Shown: one piece after another, positions 18,521 to 26,843 of the stretch | Position numbering within the stretch: the first letter of the stretch is position 1 | How the letters are laid out: each line of letters opens with the position of its first letter | From: Candidatus Fervidifonticultor secundus | Lineage (GTDB): Bacteria > Sysuimicrobiota > Sysuimicrobiia > Sysuimicrobiales > Humicultoraceae | Direction: 5' to 3' | Assembly (NCBI GenBank): GCA_031459385.1 | Contig: JAVKIP010000004.1 | Coordinates: 96,001-160,000, forward strand | DNA: 64,000 nt | The notes under the pieces: model-generated | Told to the model about the DNA's origin: nothing | Databases searched by the model: none | The model's input: only the letters and a program-made list of their open reading frames with translations | Position numbers and translations under genes: made by a program

Positions 18521-18808
18521 ATACGTGGCGTTGTTGCGCTGCGTTCTCTGACTCCCGGCAGACTCCCGCATCCGGGGTGCCAGGTAAGTAGGTCTGGGCA
18601 GTTGTCACAGCGTGTCCGCTGCCGCGGCCGCAGAGGCTAAGCGGCCTTCCCGGAAAGGAGGGGTGAGCCAGGCAGGGAGGCGCGACGGCGGCGGGACGGC
18701 GGGCTGATCGGGAGAGACCGCGGAGGAAGAGGAAACACGCACACTCGTTCCCCCGCGGCGGCATTCCGTGACGCCCGTACTACCCAACAAAGGGGGAACG
18801 GACCAACG

Positions 18809-20539
18809 ATGAAGCAGTTAGCTGTGGTGCTCGCAGCGATACTGACGCTCACGCTGGTCGCACCCGCCTTCGCGCAGCCGTTCGCGGACGTGCCCACGGA
18901 CCACTGGGCGTACGACGCGATCGCCGAGCTGGCGGCGAAGGGCCTCATCGAGGGCTATCCCGATGGGGCGTTCCGGGGCGACCGCGCCATGACCCGCTAC
19001 GAGATGGCCATGGTGGTGGCGCGCCTGCTGGCGCGCATCGAGGCCATCAAGATCCCGCCGCTGCCGCCCGACCTGGTGCGCCGCGCCGAACTCGCGAAGG
19101 CGCAGGCGGCCGAGGCGGCGGCGCGCACCGCGCTCGACAAGCGCCTGACCAGCAAGCTCGCCACGATCCAGCGCCTGGTCGCCGAGTTCCGCGCGGAGCT
19201 CGCAGCCCTGGGCGTGCGGGTGACCGCGGTGGAGGAGGAACTGGCGGCGATCCGGGCGCGGCTCGACAACACCCGCATCGCTGGTGATCTGCGGTTCCGG
19301 TACAACGTCTCCGAGGCGGGCACCTCCGACGGCCGGCTGCGGACCCGGATTCAGTTCAGCGGCCGCGGCGGCCCGAACACCGAAGTGGTGGTGCGGCTCT
19401 TCACGGCCAACAACGCCGGCGTGGGCGGATCCTACGACACCCGGTTCGGCCTGCACACGTTCTTCGGGAACGTGTCGTTCGACCGTCTGTACCTCGACAT
19501 CCGGAACACCTGGGGCGCGACGCTGTGGCGGGCCGGCCGGCAGCACTACACGCTGAACGGCCTCGGCCCCTACGGCACCGGCCTGCTCTACGACCCGCAG
19601 AACGCCGTGGGGTTCGCGGGGTTCCAGGGCCGGCATCAGGTCTCGGCAGCCAACGCCGCGCTCGACGTTCCCTACACCGCGGGCATTCCCGGCACCAGCG
19701 ACGGGCTGCGCTCTGACTGGGCGCTCGGGCCGCTGAACGTGACGGCCGCGGTCTTCGTCGAGCGCGCCAACGTCGCCCTGCCGGCCGCCGGCGGAGTCAG
19801 CGCGGCGGTCGTGCGCGACAACCAGATCCTCACCGTCTCCAGCAGCCAGCTGCTCCCCGGCTGGACGCTGGCGGGCAGCTACTACAACCAGGCCATCAAC
19901 CCCGTCAACCCCGCGAACTTCGGCGGGCGCGGCTGGGAGTTCGTGGCCACCGGCACGCTGTTCCCGGGCCTGTCGGTCTACGGCAACTACGCCTCGTGGA
20001 ACGGCAGGCCGGTCGCAGGCGGCCCCGACTGGGGGTCGGCGAACGCCTGGCGTGTGGGCGGGAACCTGAACCTCGCCCAGATCGCGGGCATCGCCGCCTG
20101 GAACCCGACCCTGGACTTCCAGTACCACCAGTACGGTCCGCTGCCTGCCGCCTGTGCCACGGCGCTGACCGTCGGCGGTGGCGGCTATAGCGCCGCCGGC
20201 GGCGGCTGCTTCCCGTCCCACACCTACGCCACGACCATCGTCGGGCAGGCGTTCGCCTTCAACATGCGGGGCTGGCTGGCGCGGCTGAACCTGACGATCA
20301 CGCCGCGCACCGTGGCCAGGATCCTCTACGAGGGCGGGACCGTGCTGTGCGCGAGCGCGGGCTGCGCCACGACCGGGAGCTACTACGAGTGGTGGCTGCG
20401 GCTCGAGCACACCGTGGCGCCCAACACAACCCTGACCCTGAACTACTACAAGGCCAACGCCTCGCCGGCGGCCCTGGCGGGGACCGCCACCGGCGACTAC
20501 CTGAACTTCTACCGGGCTGAGCTGCTGTACTCCTGGTAA
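18809..20539 (+). CDS. SLH-domain outer-membrane porin (OmpM/SlpA type)
   Basis: Signal peptide, SLH FADVPTDHWAYDAI..GLIEGYPDGAFRGDRAMTRYEMA, coiled coil with EFRAELAALGVRV, beta-barrel starting IAGDLRFRY, terminal Trp. Confidence 0.92.
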   Translation: MKQLAVVLAAILTLTLVAPAFAQPFADVPTDHWAYDAIAELAAKGLIEGYPDGAFRGDRAMTRYEMAMVVARLLARIEAIKIPPLPPDLVRRAELAKAQAAEAAARTALDKRLTSKLATIQRLVAEFRAELAALGVRVTAVEEELAAIRARLDNTRIAGDLRFRYNVSEAGTSDGRLRTRIQFSGRGGPNTEVVVRLFTANNAGVGGSYDTRFGLHTFFGNVSFDRLYLDIRNTWGATLWRAGRQHYTLNGLGPYGTGLLYDPQNAVGFAGFQGRHQVSAANAALDVPYTAGIPGTSDGLRSDWALGPLNVTAAVFVERANVALPAAGGVSAAVVRDNQILTVSSSQLLPGWTLAGSYYNQAINPVNPANFGGRGWEFVATGTLFPGLSVYGNYASWNGRPVAGGPDWGSANAWRVGGNLNLAQIAGIAAWNPTLDFQYHQYGPLPAACATALTVGGGGYSAAGGGCFPSHTYATTIVGQAFAFNMRGWLARLNLTITPRTVARILYEGGTVLCASAGCATTGSYYEWWLRLEHTVAPNTTLTLNYYKANASPAALAGTATGDYLNFYRAELLYSW

Positions 20540-20566
20540 CAACCGGGAGACGCAACTCCGTTGACC

Positions 20567-20598
20567 GAGCCCCCGGAGGCGCAGGCCTCCGGGGGCTC
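20567..20598 (+). terminator. Strong hairpin after the porin gene (terminator or 3' stabiliser)
   Basis: GAGCCCCCGGAGGC-GCAG-GCCTCCGGGGGCTC perfect 14-bp stem; weak U-tract. Confidence 0.7.
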
Positions 20599-20724
20599 AT
20601 GCGTTCCGGCGCCGGCGTCTGCGGTGCGTGCGTGGTTCCCTGCGCGGGCGTCGGCTGTCGCCGCCCCCATCGGTCGTGTACAATGGGGCGGGTCCGCATG
20701 TCTGCGAACTGGTGGTGAGAGGCG

Positions 20725-21006
20725 ATGCTCAAAGTGCTGGCCGTGGTGGCGCTGGTGGCGGTGGCGCAGATCCTGCCCAGCTGCGGAGAGCGCGGGGACC
20801 AGGAGTCCGGCGCTGCCAGCCAGCCCCAGGTCATCGGATGGGTCGACGAAAAGTACACCCGCATGGCCGAGACCTCGCCCTACCTCATCGTCATCAACCA
20901 GGTGGAGTACGGCGTGCCCTTCGAGTTCTGGCGCACCGTCGACGTCGGGGACCTCGTGAAGTACCAGGACGGCAGGTGGTCCATCGTGCGCCGGCGCGCC
21001 CGCTGA
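20725..21006 (+). CDS. Small hypothetical probable lipoprotein
   Basis: Hydrophobic N-terminus then LPSC lipobox-like site; GAGG RBS; TACAAT -10 at 20679. Confidence 0.65.
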   Translation: MLKVLAVVALVAVAQILPSCGERGDQESGAASQPQVIGWVDEKYTRMAETSPYLIVINQVEYGVPFEFWRTVDVGDLVKYQDGRWSIVRRRAR

Positions 21007-21031
21007 GGTCGGGCGCGGGCAGGCACCGGCC

Positions 21032-21424
21032 GTGGAGCGCAGCCGCGACTGGCTCGACGCAGCGCTGGCCGACCTGGAGCACGCGCGCAGCGACCGCGCG
21101 CGGGGGTTCTACAACTGGGCGTGCTTCTCGGCCCAGCAGGCCGCCGAGAAGGCCGTCAAAGCGGTCTTCCAGAAGCTGGGGGCCGAGGCATGGGGCCACT
21201 CCGTGGCCGACCTGCTGCGGGAACTCGACAGGCAGCGGCCCGTGCCGGCGGAACTGATGGATCGCGCCCTCGAGTTGGACAAAGCGTACATTCCGACCCG
21301 GTATCCCAACGCGCATCCCTCCGGCTCGCCCGCGGACCGCTATACCGACACGGAAGCCGGACGCCTCATCGGTCATGCCCAGGCCATCGCGGAGTTCTGT
21401 CAGGGTCTCGTATCCACGCTTTGA
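21032..21424 (+). CDS. HEPN domain protein (HEPN-T/COG2250-like)
   Basis: WACFSAQQAAEKAVKA, WGHSV, LDKAYIPTRYPNAH. Confidence 0.92.
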   Translation: MERSRDWLDAALADLEHARSDRARGFYNWACFSAQQAAEKAVKAVFQKLGAEAWGHSVADLLRELDRQRPVPAELMDRALELDKAYIPTRYPNAHPSGSPADRYTDTEAGRLIGHAQAIAEFCQGLVSTL

Positions 21425-21749
21425 CCGGGACCAGCTGCTGGCGCTGCTTCGCCAGCGACTTCCGGCGCTGCAGGCGCGCCTGCCCCTCCGCCGCGTCGTG
21501 CTGATCGGCTCGTGGGCGCGGGGGCGGCAGACCGCCGCGAGTGACATCGACCTGCTGGTCGTCTACGACGGACCGCCCCGCGAGGACGCCTTCGCCACCG
21601 TCAAGCGCGCCCTGGGGATCTCCCAGCTGGAACCGCACGTCTACAGTGCTGCCGAGGCCAGGGCGGTGCGCGACCGGCTTGCCCGCATGGCCGCCGGCGG
21701 GGTGGTCGTGTTCTCCGACCCCGACCGTCCCTCCGTGAACTCGCCTTGA
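21375..21749 (+). CDS. Minimal nucleotidyltransferase (MNT)
   Basis: LIGSWARG....SDIDLLVV (GS-x10-DxD); overlaps the HEPN gene. Confidence 0.9.
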   Translation: MPRPSRSSVRVSYPRFDRDQLLALLRQRLPALQARLPLRRVVLIGSWARGRQTAASDIDLLVVYDGPPREDAFATVKRALGISQLEPHVYSAAEARAVRDRLARMAAGGVVVFSDPDRPSVNSP

Positions 21750-21779
21750 GTGCGCACGGGCACACGCGCTGCCGGCATG

Positions 21780-21808
21780 TTGACCCCGACAGGGGCGCCG
21801 GGTATGCT
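21780..21808 (+). promoter_or_regulatory. Sigma70 promoter
   Basis: TTGACC-N17-TATGCT, followed by GGAGGGAG RBS and GTG at 21831. Confidence 0.7.
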
Positions 21809-21830
21809 CGCACCACAGGAGGGAGTCGCG

Positions 21831-22436
21831 GTGGCCCTGGAGCAGCGGGTCGACAGGTTGGAGGCAGCGCTCACGCGGCTGGCGGAGGCCCAGGCCCGCA
21901 CCGAGGAGCGGGTCGGCCGGCTGGAAGAGCGCATGGGCCGGGTGGAAGCGGCCCTGGCGCAGCTAGCGGAAGCGCAGGCCCGCACGGAGCGGCGGGTGGA
22001 AGAACTGGCCCAGGCCCAGGCCCGCACGGAGCAGGCAGTGCTGACCCTGGCCCAGCAGGTCGGGCGGCTCAGCGAAACGCTCGGCTTCACCCTGGAGGAC
22101 GTCGCCCGCGAGTTGACGCCGTCCTACCTGGCACAACGGTATGGCATCACGGTGGCCTTGCTCGAGCGGAGGTTCTTCCTCGTGGACGGCGAGGAGGTCG
22201 AGGTCGACTTCTACGGCGAGGGAATGCGGGACGGTCAGCGCGTGGCTGTGATCGGTGAAGTCCGCACCCGCATCTACGGGCGCGACGTCGAGGCCGCAGT
22301 GCGGACGGCTGAGCGGCTGAGGCTGCAGGTGCCCGGGGTGCCGGTCGTGGTGCTCTTCGGGTTCGTCATCCACCCGTCGGCGCGCGAGGCGGCGGCCCGC
22401 ACGGGGGCCATTGTGATCTCGTCGGTCGGGCGCTGA
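21831..22436 (+). CDS. Heptad-repeat coiled-coil protein with C-terminal PD-(D/E)xK-like domain
   Basis: Three LA(E/Q)AQARTE repeats, then GFTLED, EVEVDFYGEG and IGEVRTRI motifs. Confidence 0.78.
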   Translation: MALEQRVDRLEAALTRLAEAQARTEERVGRLEERMGRVEAALAQLAEAQARTERRVEELAQAQARTEQAVLTLAQQVGRLSETLGFTLEDVARELTPSYLAQRYGITVALLERRFFLVDGEEVEVDFYGEGMRDGQRVAVIGEVRTRIYGRDVEAAVRTAERLRLQVPGVPVVVLFGFVIHPSAREAAARTGAIVISSVGR

Positions 22437-22494
22437 TCCTGCGCATCGGCGCCACCTTTAATCCGGTCCGGTGAGGCCGGGAAGGAGGGCCCAG

Positions 22495-23535
22495 ATGGGT
22501 TCCCGCAAGGCGGCCCGCAACAGCGCCGCGACACCGACACGAGTGCAGGCACCATCGTGCGACGTGCTCGCCGCTCCCTCCCTCGAAGTCACCGTCGCGG
22601 GTATCGTGTTTCCCACTCCGGTCCTGGCGGGCCCCGGCCCCGTCGAGTTCGGCCGGCAGGTCCAGGCCGTCTACGACCTGCGCGCCTTCGGCGGCATCAT
22701 CACCAAGTCGGTGAGCCTGGAGGCCCGGCCCGGGTATCCCGGGCCCACGATCGTCGAGACCACCGCCGGCTGGCTCAACGCCGTCGGCCTGAAGAACCCC
22801 GGGCTGGCGGCGTTCCTGGCGCGCGACCTGCCGTTCCTGCGCGCGCTCGGTCGCCCGGTGGTCGTCAGCATCGTCGGGCACGCCGTAGAGGAGTTCGCGG
22901 AGATGGCCGCCGTGCTCGACGACGAGGCGGGCGTGGCGGCGCTTGAGGTCAACGTTTCCTGTCCCAACGTGGCCGACGGGCTCTGGTTCGGCACCGATCC
23001 GGCGCGCACGTTCGCGCTGGTGGCGGCCGTGCGCCGCGCGACCCGTCGGCCGCTCTTCGTGAAGCTGGGCCCCAACGTGACCGACATCGTCTCGATCGCC
23101 CGGGCGGCAGCCGACGCCGGCGCCGACGGGCTCTCGCTGGTCAACACGCTGCAGGGGCTGGCGGTCGACGCCCGCACGCGCCGGCCGCGCCTGGCTGCGG
23201 GCCTGGGCGGGCTCTCCGGCCCCGCGATCAAGCCCGTGGCGCTCCGCATGGTGTGGGAGGTCGCGCAGCACCTGCGGCTGCCCATCATCGGGATGGGCGG
23301 AGTGCAGACCGCCGAGGACGCCGTCGAGTTCCTGCTCTGCGGTGCCCGCGCTGTGGCCGTGGCCTCGGGGCTCCTGGCGAATCCCCGGGTGGCGGAAGAG
23401 ATCACCCGTGGGCTGTGCCAGTTCCTGGTCGAGCAGGGCGTGGCGCGCGTCACGGATCTGGTGGGCCAGCTGGAGTTCCCGGGTGCCGTCACCGGGCCTG
23501 TGCCCGCGGGCGGCGCCCGCGCGGGCCGGGGGTGA
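22495..23535 (+). CDS. pyrD: Dihydroorotate dehydrogenase (family 1)
   Basis: NAVGLKNPG, EVNVSCPNV, VKLGPNVTDI, GGLSGPAIKPVALRMV; start codon uncertain. Confidence 0.93.
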   Translation: MGSRKAARNSAATPTRVQAPSCDVLAAPSLEVTVAGIVFPTPVLAGPGPVEFGRQVQAVYDLRAFGGIITKSVSLEARPGYPGPTIVETTAGWLNAVGLKNPGLAAFLARDLPFLRALGRPVVVSIVGHAVEEFAEMAAVLDDEAGVAALEVNVSCPNVADGLWFGTDPARTFALVAAVRRATRRPLFVKLGPNVTDIVSIARAAADAGADGLSLVNTLQGLAVDARTRRPRLAAGLGGLSGPAIKPVALRMVWEVAQHLRLPIIGMGGVQTAEDAVEFLLCGARAVAVASGLLANPRVAEEITRGLCQFLVEQGVARVTDLVGQLEFPGAVTGPVPAGGARAGRG

Positions 23536-24308
23536 TGCGCCCCGACGCGCTCTGGCCGGCACCGCCCCCGTCCGAGGCGTCCGCCCCGGAGGCGCGTCGC
23601 GTGACGTCGGCGTCACCGCCCCCGCTGGTGGTCGCGCTGGACGTGCCGTCGCTGCAGGAGGCCGTGCGTCTGGTCGAGGGCCTGCGGCCGGCAACGGACT
23701 GGTTCAAGGTGGGGGCGATCCTGTTCACGACGGCCGGGCCCGACGCCGTGCGCTCGGTCCACGCGGCCGGCGGACGCGTCTTCCTGGACCTGAAGTTCCA
23801 TGACATCCCCCAGACCGTCGAGGGTGCGGTGGCCGCGGCCGCCGACCTGGGCGTCGCCCTCGTCACGGTCCATTGCGCCACCGGGCCCGCGGCGCTCGAG
23901 GCAGCGGTCCGCGCCGCGCGGCGCAGCCCGCGCCTGCGCGTGCTGGGTGTGACGCGGCTCACCAGCGCGCGGGGGCGGGGCGGCGTCCTGGCCGCGGCCC
24001 GGGTCGCCTTCGCAGCCGGCCTCGACGGCGTCACCGCGGCCGCCGGCGAGGTCCGCGCGGTCAAGCGTGCCTGCGGCGCGGGGTTCCTGGTGGCGACGCC
24101 GGGGATCCGGCCTGCCGGCACCGACACCGGGGACCAGGCACGCACCGCCACGCCGCGGGCGGCGGTGCGCGCCGGCAGCGACTTCCTGGTGGTGGGCCGG
24201 CCAGTGGTGGCGGCGCGGGATCCGCTGGCCGCGGCCCGCGCGATCCAGGACGAGATCGCCGCGGCATGGGGCGATCCTGCCGCGCCGCCGTGGGGGGCAG
24301 CGACGTGA
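23535..24308 (+). CDS. pyrF: Orotidine-5'-phosphate decarboxylase
   Basis: VVALD, FKVG, FLDLKFHDIPQTV, TPGIRP..DQ.R, LVVGRP. Confidence 0.95.
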   Translation: MRPDALWPAPPPSEASAPEARRVTSASPPPLVVALDVPSLQEAVRLVEGLRPATDWFKVGAILFTTAGPDAVRSVHAAGGRVFLDLKFHDIPQTVEGAVAAAADLGVALVTVHCATGPAALEAAVRAARRSPRLRVLGVTRLTSARGRGGVLAAARVAFAAGLDGVTAAAGEVRAVKRACGAGFLVATPGIRPAGTDTGDQARTATPRAAVRAGSDFLVVGRPVVAARDPLAAARAIQDEIAAAWGDPAAPPWGAAT

Positions 24309-24354
24309 GCCGACAGCCCTCCATCGCGCGGACCGCGGTGGGGCGGAGCCACCT

Positions 24355-24942
24355 GTGAGCGACCGGTGGCTCGAACGCCTGCGGCAGCGCAAAGCCGTGC
24401 AGGAGGGGCACTTCCTGCTGACCTCCGGGAACCACAGTTCCGTGTACGTTCAGAACGCCCTGATCCTCCAGTATCCGGAGGACGCAGCCGCGATCGGCCG
24501 GGCGCTGGCGGCGCAGGTCCGCCACCTCGCACCCGAGGTGGTCCTGGGCCCGGCGCTGGGGGCCGTGATCGTCGTCCACGAGGTGGCCAGGGCGCTCGGC
24601 ACGCGCGGCATCTTCGCCGAGCGCGTGGACGGGCGCATGCGGCTGCGTCGGGGGTTCGCGCTCCGGCCCGGCGAGCGGGTGCTGCTGGTCGAGGACGTGA
24701 TCACCACCGGTGGCTCCCTGGCTGAGGTCGCCGACGTCGTGCGCGAGGCCGGGGGTCGCGTCGTCGGCGCAGCCGCGATCGTGGACCGCAGCGGGGGCAC
24801 GGTTGCGCTGGGCGTGCCGCTCGCGGCCCTCGTGACCCTTGACCTGCCGGTGTTCCCGCCCGACGGCTGCCCGCTGTGCGCGCAGGGGCTGCCGGTGGAG
24901 AAGCCCGGGAGCCGGGCCCGGCCGGGTGCCCGGGCCGGATAG
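24355..24942 (+). CDS. pyrE: Orotate phosphoribosyltransferase
   Basis: GHFLLTSGNHS, LLVEDVITTGGS, CPLC..G.PVEKPGSR. Confidence 0.95.
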   Translation: MSDRWLERLRQRKAVQEGHFLLTSGNHSSVYVQNALILQYPEDAAAIGRALAAQVRHLAPEVVLGPALGAVIVVHEVARALGTRGIFAERVDGRMRLRRGFALRPGERVLLVEDVITTGGSLAEVADVVREAGGRVVGAAAIVDRSGGTVALGVPLAALVTLDLPVFPPDGCPLCAQGLPVEKPGSRARPGARAG

Positions 24943-25004
24943 GGCTCCGCACAACATCTTGATGGTTCCCAGCGGATTTCCCCAATATCTGGGAGTACGG
25001 TCAT

Positions 25005-25034
25005 TTGACGCGACCGCGACAGGGCGTCTATAAT
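25005..25034 (+). promoter_or_regulatory. Sigma70 promoter of hpt-guaB3-guaA
   Basis: TTGACG-N18-TATAAT near consensus; AAGGAG RBS before GTG at 25067. Confidence 0.78.
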
Positions 25035-25066
25035 GGCCCCAATCCCCTCCAGAAGGAGCCCGTCCG

Positions 25067-25618
25067 GTGGGCCTGGCGGACGACGTCGAAGAAGTCCTCA
25101 TCCCGGAGGAGGTCCTCCTGGACCGAATCCGGGAACTCGGGCGGCAGATCTCCGTCGAGTACGACGCCAAAGAGCCCCTGCTGATCGGCATCCTGACAGG
25201 GGCGTTCGTGTTCATGGCCGATCTGCTGCGCGCCATCACGATCCCCTGCCAGGTCGACTTCATGGCCACGGCCTCCTACGCGGGCACGGAGTCCAGCGGG
25301 ATCGTCCGCATTCTCAAAGACCTCGACCAGACCATCGAAGGTCGGCACGTGCTGGTGGTCGACGACATCATCGACACCGGCCTGACGATGGACTACCTCC
25401 TTGAGACGCTCAAGGCGCGCTACCCGGCCTCCCTGCGCGTCTGCGCCCTCCTGGACAAGAAGCCGCGCCGGCGGCGCGAGATCCCCATCGACTTCGCCGG
25501 GTTCGTCATTCCCGACCGGTTCGTGGTCGGCTACGGCCTGGACTTCGCCGGCCGCTACCGCAACCTGCGCTACATCGGCGTGCTCAAGCCCGAACTGTAC
25601 GGGATCCCCCCAGCGTGA
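25067..25618 (+). CDS. hpt: Hypoxanthine phosphoribosyltransferase
   Basis: FMADLLR, VLVVDDIIDTGLT, LLDK, FVVGYGLD..YRNL. Confidence 0.96.
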   Translation: MGLADDVEEVLIPEEVLLDRIRELGRQISVEYDAKEPLLIGILTGAFVFMADLLRAITIPCQVDFMATASYAGTESSGIVRILKDLDQTIEGRHVLVVDDIIDTGLTMDYLLETLKARYPASLRVCALLDKKPRRRREIPIDFAGFVIPDRFVVGYGLDFAGRYRNLRYIGVLKPELYGIPPA

Positions 25619-25628
25619 GGTGAGCCAG

Positions 25629-26843
25629 ATGGCGACGCGCGTGGAAGCACCGGCAATCGGCGCTGGCGCGCTCGGCGGCGGTGAGTGGCTGGGCCGCGGC
25701 CGCCTGGTCCGGCGCACGTACAGCCTGGAGGACGTGGCGCTGGTGCCGGCGACGTCGACACTCGATCCCGAGGACACGGACACGTCCTGGCAACTCGGGC
25801 CCCATGTCTTCCGCCTGCCATTCGTCGCCTCGGCGATGGACAGCGTCGTCGACGTGGGCATGGCCGAGGCGATGTGGCGCCTGGGCGGGCTCGCCGTGCT
25901 GAACCTCGAGGGGCTGCAGACGCGCTATCCCGACCCGGCCGAGCCGCTGGCGGCCATCGCGGCCGCAGCGCAGGACGAGGTGGTCGCGCTCATGCAGCGC
26001 CTGTACCAGGCGCCGATCCAGGACGACCTGGTGGCTGCGCGCGTCGGCGCCATCAAGGCGACCGGAGCCATCTGCGCGGTCTCCGTGACACCGGCCGCGG
26101 CCGCGCGCCTGGCGCCGCTGGCGCAGCAGGCCGGGGCCGACCTGGTGCTGGTGCAGTCCACCGTGATCACCGAGGCCCACCGCTCGACCCGGGGGCGCGC
26201 GCTGTCGCTGCGGCAGCTGGCCGCCCAGCTGGGCGTGCCCGTGCTGGCCGGGAACTGCGTGTCGTATGCCGCGGCCCTGGGCCTGATGGAGGCGGGCGCG
26301 GCGGCGGTCTTCGTCGGCGTCGGCCCTGGCGCGGCCTGCACCAGCCGCCGCGTGCTCGGCATCGGCGTCCCCCAGGCCACGGCGATCTGCGATGCGGCTG
26401 CCGCGCGCGCGGACTTCCTGGCCCGCACCGGTCGCTACGTCCCCGTGGTGGCCGACGGCGGTATCGCCACCGGCGGCGACGTGGCGAAGGCCATCGCCTG
26501 CGGCGCCGACGCCGTGATGCTGGGCTCGGCGCTGGCGCGCGCGGCCGAGGCGCCCGGGCGCGGCTTCCACTGGGGCATGGCCACGCCCCACGCCGCGCTG
26601 CCTCGCGGCACGCGCATCCGGGTGGGCACGACCGGCACCCTGCGCCAGATCCTGCTGGGACCGGCGGCCACCGACGATGGCTCGCACAACCTGGCCGAGG
26701 CCCTGCGGACTGCCATGGGGATGTGCGGCGCGGCCACGATTCGCGAGATGCACCAGGTCGAGCTGGTCCTGGCTCCGCAGCTCGGCGCCGAGGGCAAGGC
26801 GGCGCAGTTCAGCCAGCAGGTGGGGCAGGGGCGGGCGCGGTGA
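25629..26843 (+). CDS. guaB3: GuaB3-family IMP dehydrogenase (no CBS domains)
   Basis: [58 protein letters not shown]. Confidence 0.88.
   Translation: MATRVEAPAIGAGALGGGEWLGRGRLVRRTYSLEDVALVPATSTLDPEDTDTSWQLGPHVFRLPFVASAMDSVVDVGMAEAMWRLGGLAVLNLEGLQTRYPDPAEPLAAIAAAAQDEVVALMQRLYQAPIQDDLVAARVGAIKATGAICAVSVTPAAAARLAPLAQQAGADLVLVQSTVITEAHRSTRGRALSLRQLAAQLGVPVLAGNCVSYAAALGLMEAGAAAVFVGVGPGAACTSRRVLGIGVPQATAICDAAAARADFLARTGRYVPVVADGGIATGGDVAKAIACGADAVMLGSALARAAEAPGRGFHWGMATPHAALPRGTRIRVGTTGTLRQILLGPAATDDGSHNLAEALRTAMGMCGAATIREMHQVELVLAPQLGAEGKAAQFSQQVGQGRAR

Noticed and set aside
18240..18808. SRP, 6S, c-di-GMP or c-di-AMP RNA in the long intergenic region
   Set aside because: The conserved cores of these families were not found by eye; kept only as an unclassified structured leader.
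21880..22035. Short DNA repeats resembling a CRISPR array
   Set aside because: They are in-frame coding repeats of a coiled coil; no cas genes and no regular repeat-spacer pattern.
24943..25066. Purine riboswitch upstream of hpt-guaB3-guaA
   Set aside because: The promoter leaves only about 25 nt of leader, and the conserved aptamer core is absent; the TCCCAG/CTGGGA inverted repeat lies upstream of the -35 and has no assignable role.
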